A stretch of 64,000 bases of DNA from contig CM075977.1 in the NCBI GenBank assembly GCA_038087875.1, forward strand, positions 52,824,001 through 52,888,000. Direction: 5' to 3'. Made by a program: the position numbers and the translations under genes. The notes under the pieces are model-generated. The model did not search any database and was not told the DNA's origin. It saw only the letters and a program-made list of their open reading frames with translations. Numbering within the stretch: the stretch's first letter is position 1; each line of letters begins with the position of its first letter. Of the stretch, positions 11,037-22,590 are shown piece by piece. This DNA is from Malacoraja senta (lineage: Eukaryota).

Positions 11037-12502
11037 CACTTTAAAATGCTGTGCCTAGCCTCTTCTCCAAGCTTCAAACATACCCGAGCCCTAATGATAT
11101 CATTCAATGGGTTTTGCTTTTCTTGGTTCCTGCCTGCAGGAAGCAATTATCTCTCAACAATTGCAACTCTCCCTGCATTCCAATGCATTATAATGAAAAA
11201 CAATACTTTGTTCATCAAGGGCACCTTTATGAGAGTTGCGGATGTCTTGTACCCACTTATTTTTTTGGTGAGGTAGGTGAGAAAGGAGGGTCATCAATCT
11301 AGATGATCTGGGGGGGAAAAACATCTAATTTCCAACACTCTGTGGGGGTTAAGATGGGTGAAAATCCAAAGGGTCTAATAAAATTCAGGGATAAAAAACC
11401 CTTGTTTCAAATGTGAGGTACATGACCAGCATGTGTGTCTAGTTCTCTGATTTCATAATTTGGTTCAATTGAAGTCAAGAGAACCAAATTTTGGAAGGGT
11501 ATGCCATGAGTATTAGTTAATTTGTTGTACTATGAGCTGTGAATTTCTTTGGACCATGTCGTTTGTTGCACTGTGGACTTTGATGTTTGCACTATTATGA
11601 TTACCTAGTATTTTGTTAGTAATTATTGTATTTTGGATGATTATGTACTGTATATGTTAAACTGCAGCAAGAATGCATTTCTTTGTTCTGTTGTTGGCAC
11701 CTATGACAATATTGACTCTCGACTCTTGACAATTAGCACATTGATCAAGAGCATATTTCTGTTCCATTTTTGAAGAATTTTATTTTAATACTTGCTAATC
11801 AGTTGAAACATTATTAATCAGGTCCAGGAGAGCTGAAGACATGTATGACAGCTTAATTTGAGGTAGGATGATGATATTATGAATTTGGCATTTATTAGTG
11901 GCAGACATCAAGAAGAAGAAATTAAGGGTATCGCCATCTAAAGGCAGTCCCATTGTTGGACATTATCTGTTGATGCAACTTCACATTTGTCTTAAGTGAT
12001 TGTGTAGCTACATTACAGTAATATATTAGCATCTGTACAAAACCAATACAGTTTTATGTCAAACTGCAGGGTAAGTGAAGGACAACACCAGTAATGAATA
12101 TAAAAGAGGGTGTGAAATTATGTGTTTGCATTGCATGTTTAGGTGCACTGTTTAATGGTGCCTCAAGGATTTGATATGACTCAGACCGATGTTACTATCA
12201 GGACAGATGTACTCCTTGCACATCCTCTTTTGCACTGATAAGCAATGGCTTTCAGTCAATATTTAAACATTCAACCTGCAATAGCAAGAAGTGTTTGCAT
12301 TTCCTACTGAAGCAGTAAATGGAAAGAAAAGAGAACAGAAGCAGTATTCAAACCCACCTTAGTGAAAACAGGATGTTTCCAAACTCAGCTATTTTGGGGA
12401 TAGATGTACCTTTGTAGGAAGCAGGGGATGATTATTTGAAGGAGCCGGATAAAATACCTCACAAGCCATTTTCACCATGGTGAGATAAGGATGTACACTG
12501 AT

Positions 12503-13212
12503 TCAGTCACTCGATACCTCCATCCCCTGCCAGGAAGGCCTTAAAGCCTTACGTTTCTTCCTCGACCGCAGAACCATCCAATTTCCCCCTATTAACACTC
12601 TACTCCACCTAGCCGAACTGGTCCTCACCCTCAACAACTTCTCCTTTGACTCCTCCAACTTCCTCCAAGTCCAAGGCACTGCTATGGGCACCTGCATGGG
12701 CTCCAGCTGCCTCTTTGCAGGGTATGTTGAACAATCCCTGTTCCAGGTGTACACTGTCCCTATCCCCAAACTCTATCTCCCGTTACATTGATGATTGCAT
12801 CGGTGCTACCTCCTGCACCCATGCAGAACTCATGGACTTCATCAACTTCGCCACCAATTTTCATCCTACACTCAAATTTACTTGGACCATCTCTGTCATC
12901 TCCCTCCCCTTTCTTGATCTCACAGTCTCCATCACAGGAAAGACTTTTGACTGACGTCTATTACAAACCCACTGACTCCCACAACTATCTCGACTACACT
13001 TCTTCCCACCCTGCTTCCTGCAAAGACTCTATCCCCTACTCCCAATTCCTCCATCTACGCCGCATCTGCGCCCAAGATGAGGTTCCATACTAGGACATTC
13101 AAGATGTCCTCATTTTTTAGGGAACAGGAGTTCCCCTCTCCCATCATAGATGAGGCCCTCACTCATGTCTCCTCGGTACCCCATAGCTCCGCCCTTGGTC
13201 CCCCTCCCCTCC
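12503..13212 (+). mobile_element. Penelope-like element reverse transcriptase fragment (frameshifted)
   Basis: GTAMG, YIDDC, FINFATNFHPTLKFT, LPFLD, TDVYYKPTDSHNYLDYTSSHP, SIPYSQFLHLRRIC motifs across adjacent frames; typical PLE RT and thumb. Confidence 0.9.
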
Positions 13213-13285
13213 TCACAATAGAATCTTTTCCAATGATTCTATTGGTAAATACTTTGGCCGGTGTGGCATTGAGTTATGTGAGTCA

Positions 13286-13420
13286 GTGTGTAGAAAGGAA
13301 CTGCCGATGCTGGTTTATACCAAAGATAGACACAAAGTGCTGGAGTAACCTAGCGGGTCAGGCAGCATCTCTGGAGGAAAAGGATGGGTGAGTTTTCGGG
13401 TCGGGACCCTTCTCAGACAG
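13286..13420 (-). mobile_element. Penelope pLTR-derived short element
   Basis: Consensus arm ending gggtcgggacccttctcagac, inverted relative to the adjacent RT fragment. Confidence 0.75.
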
Positions 13421-13786
13421 TGAGTTTGAGTCATTGTTCTGATCTTGAACCTGGACTATTCAGCATGGTCAATGGGGGTTTAGTCAAAGACCTCAGCAAG
13501 TCTTGGATCGGGGAAGATGGGGGACATTAGGGAAATTCACGCGTGTCGTCCATACAAGGGGGGGTTGCCCTGCATCCAGGAATTAGAGATTAATTTCTGA
13601 GATGGGTTTTGGATAAACTCAGGAAGTAAATCACTGGGAGGTGAACTTAAATAGCAGTTGTATTCTTTTTTCCATTTAATTTGAAACTTTCTCTATCACA
13701 TTATATACACATTGGAGATAGAAATTAAAAAGGCTTGATGGGCAGTGGAAAATCTTTCAACCTTGTCATAGAGAGCTGTTGACTGA

Positions 13787-14100
13787 GGGCAGTGCAGTTG
13801 CGCCGCTGGTAGAGTTGCTCCCTCACAGCACCAGAGACACGAGTTTGACACTGACATCGGTTGCTGTCTGTGTAGAGTTTGCAGGTTCTTAATGTGACCA
13901 TGTTTTTCCTCTGAGTGCTCTGTTTTTTTCCTACATCTCAAAGATGTGCGGGCATGTGGGTCATTTGGCCTCTGTAAACAGCCCCTAGTGCATGCAAAAG
14001 TGGGATCACATCCAGCAAGTGTGAACGAGTGATTGATGGTCAACATAGACTTGGTGGGTCAAAGGGCCTATTTCCATGCTGTATCTCTAAAACCAAAACT
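13787..14100 (+). mobile_element. V-SINE/HE1-like SINE (diverged)
   Basis: Head, core and ctgtatctctaaaaccaaaact tail. Confidence 0.8.
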
Positions 14101-14102
14101 GG

Positions 14103-14935
14103 TTTAGGTTTATTATTGTCAGTATACCAAGGTAAATCAAGTCAATAGGTAGAACAAAGGGGATGACACAGAGTGCAGAATATTGTTCTCAGCATTGTAG
14201 CGAGACCGTTACATTGACAATACCCGCAATGGGATAGAGGTGAATTGTACAGTACCCCAGCTTATGGAAGGACTGTTCAAAAGCCTGGTAACAGAGGGGA
14301 AGAAGCTCTTCTTGAGTCTGGTGGTGCACGCTTGCAAGCTTCTGTACCTTTTGCCCAACTGAAGCAGGGAGAAGAGGGAATGACTTGGGTGGGCCGAGTC
14401 TTTGATTATGTTGGCTGCTTTGCCATTTCAGCGTGAGGTGCAGATGGAGTCAATGGTGGGGAGTCTGGACTCAGCGATGGAGCGATTTACAAATCTCTGC
14501 AGTTTCTTGTGGTCGTGGGGATAGCTGTTCCCAATCCAAAATGTGATGCAACCCGACAGTATGCTTGCTGCGGTGCATCTATAGAAGTTTGCAAGTGCCA
14601 GTGGAGACATTTCCTCAGCCTCCTAATGAAGCAGAGGCATTGTTGCGCCTTCTTGGCTGTCGCATCAATGTGGTTGGTCCACGTCAGATCGTTAGTAATA
14701 TTAACACCAAGGAGCTTGAAACTCTCCAACCATTTCCACTTTGGCACCATTGAGGCTGGTTGGGACACATACTCCACCACGCTTCCTGAAGTTGATAACT
14801 AGTTCCTCCGTCTTGCTGATAATGGAGGGGAGGTTATTCTCCTGACACCATGTCACTAAGTTCTCAATCTTCTTCCTGTACACCGTCTTGTCATTGTTTG
14901 TGATTCGGCCCACCACAGTGGTGTCATCTGGAAAC
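14103..14935 (-). mobile_element. Rex1/Babar-type LINE, 5'-truncated
   Basis: DDTTVVGRITNND...LVTWCQENNL, FKLLGVNITNDLTW...KKAQQ...RRLRK, NFYRCT...SILSGCIT motifs; tail ends gacaataataaacctaaac. Confidence 0.85.
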
Positions 14936-15119
14936 ATAGTTGGAGTTTGAGCTGAATTTGGCCGTACATCCCTCTGATTTGGGATGACCCAATAGTTTGC
15001 TGATGGCGGGGCAGCTGGGTTGGGCCTCTTTGAGACAGTTGATGGAGCATTTGTGAATACGTCCATCATAGGCAAGCAACAAAGACAGAACCCCCTTGCT
15101 GTTCTTTTCCAAAGATTCT

Positions 15120-15475
15120 TCATAACTTATAGGAGCAGAATTAGGCCATTCGGCCCATCAAGTCTACTCTGCCATTCAATCATGGCTCATCTATCCTTCC
15201 CTCTCAACCACATTCTCCTGCTTTCTCCCCATTAACCCAACACCCTTACTAATCAAGAATCTGTCAATCTCTGTCATCTGTGGCAATGAATTCCATAGAT
15301 TCACCACTCTCTGACTAAAGAACTACTCATCTCCTTTCCAAAGGTGTGTCCTTTAATTCTGAGGCTATGGCCTGTATTCCTAGACTCTCCCACGAGTGGA
15401 AACATCCTCTCCACATCCACTCTATTCAGGCCTTTAACTATTCTGTAAGTTTCAATGAGGTACCCCCTCAACCTT
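15120..15475 (-). mobile_element. CR1-type LINE 3' end
   Basis: Same family as 5040-5390 and 21000-21420. Confidence 0.8.
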
Positions 15476-15828
15476 TTAAATTAATTAAATTCTCACACTA
15501 AATTATTTATTCAACCAAATTGAGTTTTGTTATGGGAAGTGAAAGGCCTAATGCATATGTATGTTGCATACAAATAAATTAATAGACATATACAACCTAT
15601 AAACCATAGAAAACCATGGAAGTACGGCAATATACTAAAGTTCCTTATTAATACTGCACTGTGCAAACTGAGGCCTGATATTAGTTTAGCAACGCACTGT
15701 AAATTTTTGGAACACAGTCTGCATCTGCGTTCACCAGATCCCGCTGACAAAGATACCTGTGTTCAAGAGTTTTGAGATGTTATGTTAACTATTTTGGGTT
15801 TTTACCAATTTGTATTTTTAAAACACCA

Positions 15829-16143
15829 GGGCGGCACAGGTGACGCAGTGGTGAATTGCTGCCTTACAGCGCCAGAGACATGGATTCGATCTTGACAACG
15901 GTGCAGTCTGTATGGAGTTTGTACATTCTCCCTGTGACACGCATGTGTTTTCTCTCGGTGCTCCGGTTTCCTCCCCCACTCCAAAGCCGTACAGGTTTGT
16001 AGGCTAATTGGCTTGGTAAAATTGTACATTGTCTCTAGTGTAGGATAGGATAGTTTTAGTGTGCGACGATCGCTGGTCAGCGTGGATTCGGTGGGCCGAA
16101 TGGCCTGTTTCTGCACTGTATCTCTAAACTAAACAAAACTAAA
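15829..16143 (+). mobile_element. V-SINE/HE1-like SINE
   Basis: Full-length with (CTAAA)n tail. Confidence 0.85.
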
Positions 16144-16173
16144 AAGGAATACGGACACAAAAAGCTAGTGTAA

Positions 16174-16918
16174 AGGGCCTGTCCCACTTGGGCGACCTAA
16201 TCGGCGAGTTAAAAAGTGTGTCTTCGACATTCCAGTTTGAGGGCACTCACCTGGAAAGCCTCGAGCTGGATCGACCCGTCCGCGTTGAAACCGCGAGCTG
16301 GATCGACCGACCGTACACACACACACACACAAACACATCGGGAAGCCGGGGGCCAGGGAAAATGCAGGATCGCTGTCTGCGCGATGAAGATGAAGGTAAA
16401 ATGGCTGCACAGTAACGGTAAGTTCTTTAGAGAGGGCGGAGGGGGGGTGGGGAGAGAAAGAGAGAGAAGGAGAGAGAATGGGAGAGAAGGGGGGGGGAGA
16501 AGGATTGGAGACACTTTTAAGAAGTATAATAAAGTTTAGCGGGCATTTTACCTACCGGTAGGTCTTCCTTGGTCCTGAAACTCCAATGAGCCAATCAAAA
16601 TGCTCGGTTAACGAAGGAGATTGCCTATGGCTGCCCTCGAGTGCCTGCAAGTAAATAGTGACCCCACTCCACTTCACTACGAGTCAAAAAGAACCATGCC
16701 GACTAAATTTTACTCGCGGAAATTTTTTCAATATGCTGACATTTTTTCCGCGACCTAGCTGAGGCTGCGAGTATTCAGGAACTTCCCTCGAGCATAAAGG
16801 AGAGTTCCAGCGACCTCATAGGACCTCCTAGTACCTCGTGTCGACCATGCTGCAAGTTTGAGTCAAGGGCAAACTCTTCTAAACTCGCAGATTAGGTCGC
16901 CCTAGTGGGACAGGCCCT
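16174..16918. mobile_element. PIF/Harbinger-like MITE inserted into the Penelope pLTR
   Basis: AGGGCCTGTCCCACT...AGTGGGACAGGCCCT with TAA TSD (16171-16173, 16919-16921); flanks rejoin to the pLTR consensus gctggagTAActcagc. Confidence 0.9.
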
Positions 16919-17373
16919 TAACTCTAGCGGGTCAGGCAGCATCTCTGGAGAAAAGGAATAGGTGATGTTTCGGGATGAGACCCTCCTTCAGACTGAGAGT
17001 TGGGTAAGGGGAATAAGAGATGTAGACGGTACTCAGGACAAATGAATGGAAGATATGCAAAAAGCAATGATAATCAAGGAAAGGTGGAGCCACAATAGTT
17101 CACTGTTGGTTGTGGGATAGGTGATAACGAGTTATACAGACTGTGGAACTCAACAGGACAACAGTAAAACTACTACAATCACTAGGGAGGGATGGAGAGA
17201 GATGGGATGCAAGGGTTACTTGAATTTAGAGAAATCAATATTCATACCGTTTATTGGATTATAAGCTATCCAAATGAAATATGAGGTGCTGTTCCTCCAA
17301 TTTACGTCTGGCATCACGCTGACAATGGAGGAGGCCCAGGACCATAAAGTGAGAATGGGAAATGGAGAGGGAG

Positions 17374-18065
17374 TTCAAGTTCAAGTTCACATTTATTGTC
17401 ACATGCACCAATTAAGGTACAGTGAAATCTGAGTTACCATGCAGCCAGACAATCAAAAAGAGCACAATGCACAATAGAATTTAACATAAACATCCACCAC
17501 AGTGGAATCAACTTTCTTTACTGTGATGGAAGGCAATAACGTTCAGTCAGTCTTCCTCCTTTGTTCACCATGGATGGGGCCATGAACCCTCCATAGTCGC
17601 CGCTACGGATGGCCCGATGTACAAGCCCTCTCGTCGGGATGCTGGAAACTCTGACGTCGGGATGGATCGGAACACATACTCTTGGAGTTCCCGAATCAGC
17701 CACTTTCTTACCGGAGACTGCGGCTTCACGATGTTATAGGCCGGCGGTCGGAGCGCTTCTTTTGGCGATCCCCAGCAAGGGATCGCCCCGCTCCACGATG
17801 TTGAAGTCCCACCACGCGTGCTGCTGAAGCTCTGGGCCGGTCTCCGAGATAGGCCGCACCAATCCAGTTGTTAGGCCGTGAGGGGGGCGAAGATGCGACA
17901 AAGAGAAAAGTCGCATCTCCTTCGAGGTAAGTGACTGAAAACTGTTTCCCCTTATTCCCCCCTACCACCACCCACACTAAAACATACATTTAGACATACT
18001 AAAAACAAAAAAAGTCAAAAGGACAAACACGCTGCTGGTGAGGCTGCCGCTCGCGGCACCACCCA
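17374..18065 (-). mobile_element. Non-coding, CpG-rich non-autonomous retroelement with (TTGAAC)n tail
   Basis: Minus strand ends AATAAATGTGAACTTGAACTTGAA; interrupts the Penelope endonuclease; related fragment at 24378-24715. Confidence 0.6.
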
Positions 18066-18174
18066 ATGAAGTGGAGTTTGGCAAACATAAGATCACGTAG
18101 GCCAAGGCGGACTGAACGAAGCTGTTCTGCGAAATGATTGCCAAGTCTGCGCCTGGTCTCGCCGATATATCGAA

Positions 18175-18335
18175 ATATAGAAAATAGCTGCAGGTAGGCC
18201 ATTCGGCCCTTCAAGCCAGCACCGCCATTCAATATGATCATGGCTGATCATCCAAAATCAGTACCCCATTCTGGCTTTTTCCCCATATCCCTTGATTCCC
18301 TTAGCCCTAAGAGCTAAATCTAACTCTCCCTTGAG
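18175..18335 (-). mobile_element. CR1-type 3' tail insertion
   Basis: Nearly identical to 39604-39770; interrupts Penelope just before YIGET. Confidence 0.8.
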
Positions 18336-19653
18336 AGTCAACACCTGGAACTGCGGATACAGTGGATGAGTTTGGAGGAGGTGGAAGTGAACCTCTGCCT
18401 CACCTGAAAGGACTGTCAGGGTCCCTGGACAGAGTTGATGGAGGAGATATAGGGCCAGGAGTTGCATCTCCTGTGGTTGCAGGGGAAGTTACGTGGGGAG
18501 GGGAGGAATTAGTTAACTAGGGAGTAGCGGAGGGAATGATCTCTGTGAAAGGCAGAAAGGGGTGAAGATGGGAAGATGTGGCTAGCGGGGGGATCCCGTT
18601 GAAGTTGGTGAAAATATCAGAGTATTATGTTCTGAATGCTATGACTGATGGGGTGAAAGGTGAGGACTGCAGGGTACCAAGGAGACACGTGTAAGGGCCT
18701 GATTTATGTCAGAATAGGGGAACCCCCATTACCTAAAGAATGAGAACATTTCAGATGTCCTGGTGTGGAACACCTCATCATGGGCGCAGACAGAAGAATT
18801 GGTAGTAGGGGATAAAGTCTTTGCAGGAGGCAGGGTGTAAAGGTGTAGTCTAGATAGTTGTGGTAGTCAGATGTCAGTTGATAATCTATCTCCTGTAATG
18901 GAGACGGTGAGATCAAGAAAGGGGAAGAAAGTGTCGGAGATGGTCCAAGTGAATTTGAGTGCAGGATAGAAATTGGTAGTGAAGTTAATAAATTCCATGA
19001 TGTTCATGCCCATGCATAATCATGGATTTTATTAACTTCACTACCAATTTCCATCCTGCACTTTCTTTTCTCCAGAGATGCTGCCTGACCTGCTGAGTTA
19101 CTCCAGATTGTTGTGTCTGTCTTTGGTTTAAACCAGCATCTGCAGTCCCTCCCTACATCTCATCTGAAAAGGAAAGTAGTTTGAATTGATATCTAATACA
19201 AGTCTTGTATTCTGGGAACAACATGTCAGAAATTTCTTTTTATATTTCTCTGTGGTCATGCTTCGTGGTGTCGGCTTTCTTAATTCCTTATACATCATGG
19301 CTTTGGCTTGCGGGCGGAGGTGGCGGAGATCACAGTTGTTTTATCAGCAGGGGCCCAGTGGATTCTGTCTGTTTTATCAGCAGGTGGTCAGTGGATAGTG
19401 TGATCAAGAATGGCTAATCTCTTCCCTTTGCCACATGAGAACAATTTTACTGAACCTCCAGCACCTGATATTTGGCTTTTGTAATAACAAGCAACTATAG
19501 ATTCTGGTTTACCAAATAACGACACAAATTGTTGACGTTTTGGGCCAGGACCCTTCTTCAGACTCGTGTTTCTGATACACGGATATTTAGGGGTTAGCAC
19601 CTTAGCTTAGACGAGTGGCTGAACCCAGTCGTTCATGATCAGTCAGAGAGTAA

Positions 19654-20094
19654 AGGGCCTGTCCCACCAGCATGCGGGGCCGGTCCCACTTCGAACCGTG
19701 GAGGCATACGGAGTTGTGCGGGGCTGGTCCCGACATCGCGCAGCCCGCAGGCGCATTGAGGGCGTACGCAGCGTCTTGATGGCGTACGCAGCGTCTTGAC
19801 GTCGTACGCAACGCCTTGATGGCGTACGCCTAGCGCGTGGCGTTGCGCGATGACGTCACCGCCCGACGTGCCGTTGCGTGATGACGTCACCGCCTGATGC
19901 CGTGCGACGTGCAAATTCAGTCGGCCCGCCTCCTGCTAAGCTGATTGGTGAGTATGATGTGCGGGACCAGCCCCGCACAACTCCATACGCCTCCGCGGTT
20001 CGAAGTGGGACCGGCCCCGCGCGGCCGTACGTCTCAAGCGACCACGTTTGGTCGCGCTAGGCGCATGCAATCGCATGCTGGTGGGACAGGCCCT
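19654..20094. mobile_element. PIF/Harbinger-like MITE, CpG-rich
   Basis: AGGGCCTGTCCCACCAGCATGCG...CGCATGCTGGTGGGACAGGCCCT; TAA TSD (19651-19653, 20095-20097); internal inverted and 20-bp tandem repeats. Confidence 0.9.
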
Positions 20095-20114
20095 TAAAGG
20101 TGCCTTAAGTGATG

Positions 20115-20280
20115 GTAGACACAAAGAACTGCAGATGCTGGTTAATGCACAAAAGGACAGAACGTACTGGTGTAATTCAGCAGGCCAGGCAGCATCCCCG
20201 GAGAATATGGATAGGTGATCCATGTTCTCCACAGATGCTGCCTGACTTGCTGAGTTACTCCAGCACTTTCTGTCCTATTG
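20115..20280. mobile_element. Penelope pLTR-derived fold-back element
   Basis: Arms caggcagcatccccggagaatatgga / tccatgttctccacagatgctgcctg. Confidence 0.7.
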
Positions 20281-20999
20281 TGTCTAACTCATTGACTACT
20301 GCACATAAGTTAAAACAAAACATACAGTAATTTGCCTGGTTTAAAATGCTACCTTTGGATGACATTGCTATTTTGATAAGTAGTTGAGAAGTTTGCAAAG
20401 ATTATCTGATGATAAATTGAATGGATTTTAATAGGATTGCATAATTGCTTTCAAGTATAACATAAATATTTCTGCACATTTTGCTTTGGATTTGATCTTT
20501 CAATGCACTCCTAATAAAACAAATATTGTTCCGAGTTCAATGGGATGGAGCAGATACCTTGCTTTTAAAGCACCTATTTAAATAATATTTTTCCCAATGA
20601 ACGTTGCCTGTATAGATATAGTAAAGTGGCCTTACAATTTCTTCCTGATGCTCACAGCTGTCTCTCCATACAAAGAGACTACAATGGCATGAATTCCTTA
20701 TAATATCAACAATGCCGCCAGCACACGACCTCACAGCTGAAAAGAATAAGATATATACAGCTGGCGAGCACGAACATTGTGAAGAGATTCCGACTGTGCT
20801 ACTTCCAGCCAGCAGAGAGTGTCCTGACAAGTACGTCAATTGAAGTGCAGCCATATAAAAATTCAGCCAGGATTTTTTTTCTGCGTGAACATTGTACTTA
20901 GAATTTCTCATTCACAGCGTCAAGAAGTTCCAAGCCAAGGTATTCGCTGATCAAAGTTCCCATTGCTGCCTTAACAGAACAAATATATGTATATTTTTT

Positions 21000-21422
21000 A
21001 TGTTCATAAGTTCTAGGAGCAGAATTAGGCCATTCGGCCCACCCATTCTGCCATTCAATCATGGCTGATCTATCTTTCCCTCTCAACCCCATTCTCCTGC
21101 CTTCGCCTCGTAACCCCAGACACCCGTACTAATCAAGAATCTGTCAATCTCCGCCTTAAAAATATCCATGGACTTGGCCTCTACAGCTGTCTGTAGCAAT
21201 GAATTCCACAGATTTCCCACCCTTTCACTAAAGAAATTCAATCTCATCTCCTTATTAAAGGTACGTCCTTTTATTCTGAGGCAATGGCCTCTGGTCTTAG
21301 ATTCTGCCTCTAGTGGAAATATCCTCTCCTCATTCACTCTATCCAGGCCTTTCACTATTCGGTAAGTTTCAATGAGGTCCCCCTCTCATCCTAAACTCCA
21401 GTGAGCACAGGCTCAGTGCCTT
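21000..21422 (-). mobile_element. CR1-type LINE 3' end
   Basis: ORF 21083-21355 MKGLDRV...TRGH...NFFSERVGNLWNSL...FKAEIDRFL. Confidence 0.9.
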
Positions 21423-22382
21423 CAAACGCTATTGTTACCGGAGCCCTAGTGTGCAGCACCAGTGCAATATTGTTCCATTTCCCACACAAGCTATCAGTAG
21501 CCTCCCTAAGCAAATTACTGTAAATTAGTGCTTTACTGGTGGGAGATTCCTGCCTAGTAGGAAGCTGGTTTAAGACTTGCAAGACTATTTTTAATCAAGC
21601 ATTTAGAGTGGCAGATGGAAGATCTGTCATTCCATCCGCCTGCACTGGATACATGCCGGGGTTCCTGTGATGAAAAGATATTATCTATTTAATCGGCATG
21701 GTTCTAAAACCTTTACAGGTGGACATAAGTGAAACATCTGGCAGAGACAGAGTCATAACGCACCAAGGAGTGATCTAATGACTTTGTTAATTGCGTGAAC
21801 ATTGCTCTTGCGGTTTCTGACTTTATCAGATAGTGTTACAGTCATGTAAGTACACCTCCCTTCATCAGCTGTATATTATTCTATATTTATCTTCTTTATA
21901 AATAAATTATTTCAGGCAAACCAATTGATTGGGATTAAGTGTTTGCTTCATGGGAAAACATGATCAGGTTCAATCAGTCTGAAGAAGGGGCCTGACATGA
22001 AGCCTCACCTATCCATGTTCTCCAGAGAAGCTGCTTGACCCCCTGAGTTATTCCAGCACTGTATCTTTTTTTTGTCATCACATTCAACCCTGATTCACCT
22101 TGTTTCCTCCTACGTCATTCACACTTTTTTTTGTTCCATCTTTCTTTGATTCTCTCAGCTAAAGAAATGGACCCTACTTTTGTGAGATCCCAGCTATCCC
22201 CCTACTCCCTCTGTAGCTGCTTTACACTGTCAGCTTTTTAACACCATGAGAATACAACCACTGGATAGGCAAGATCATCATAAATATAATTTGTGTTGCT
22301 TGTCGCAAGTTGTCCCATTCATGAAGTAACAGAGGCCTCTAATCCACCCAACTGTGACTCAAAAGGATATCAATGAACACAG

Positions 22383-22590
22383 TGTAGGAAGGAACTGCAG
22401 ATGCTGGTTTATATCGAAGACAGACACAAAATGCTGGAGTAACTCAGCGGCTCAGGCAGCATCTCTGGAGAAAAGGTATGGGGGACGTTTTCGGGTCTGA
22501 AGAAGGGTCTTGACCCGAAACGTCACCCATTCTTTCTCTGCAGAGATGCTGCCTGTCCCGTTGAGTTACTCCAGGATTTTGTGTCTATGT
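22383..22590. mobile_element. Penelope pLTR-derived fold-back element with probable TSD
   Basis: Inverted arms around a central ribozyme motif; flanked by caatgaacacag (22371-22382) and cagtgaacacag (22591-22602). Confidence 0.85.
22493..22528 (+). ncRNA. Minimal type I hammerhead ribozyme (complete fold)
   Basis: GGGU-CUGAAGA-A-GGGU(CUUG)ACCC-GAAA-CG-UC-ACCC: stem I GGGU/ACCC, stem II, conserved core, palindromic ACGU helix III; predicted cut after C22524. Confidence 0.7.

Larger units (their letters stand above)
16152..19157 (-). mobile_element. Penelope-like element (RT C-terminus, Cys-rich linker, GIY-YIG endonuclease, pLTR), 5'-truncated, with three nested insertions
   Basis: Minus-strand remnants HNYLDYT (~18860), FPCNHRRCNS (~18470), YIGETRRRLGNHFAEQLRSV (~18140), KLEEQHLI (~17290), stop near 17216; pLTR at 16152-16992; inverted pLTR at 19062-19157. 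Confidence 0.85.

Noticed and set aside
19770-19830. Short repeats as a CRISPR array (also 45262-45352)
   Set aside because: Head-to-tail tandem units without unique spacers, no cas genes, vertebrate context.
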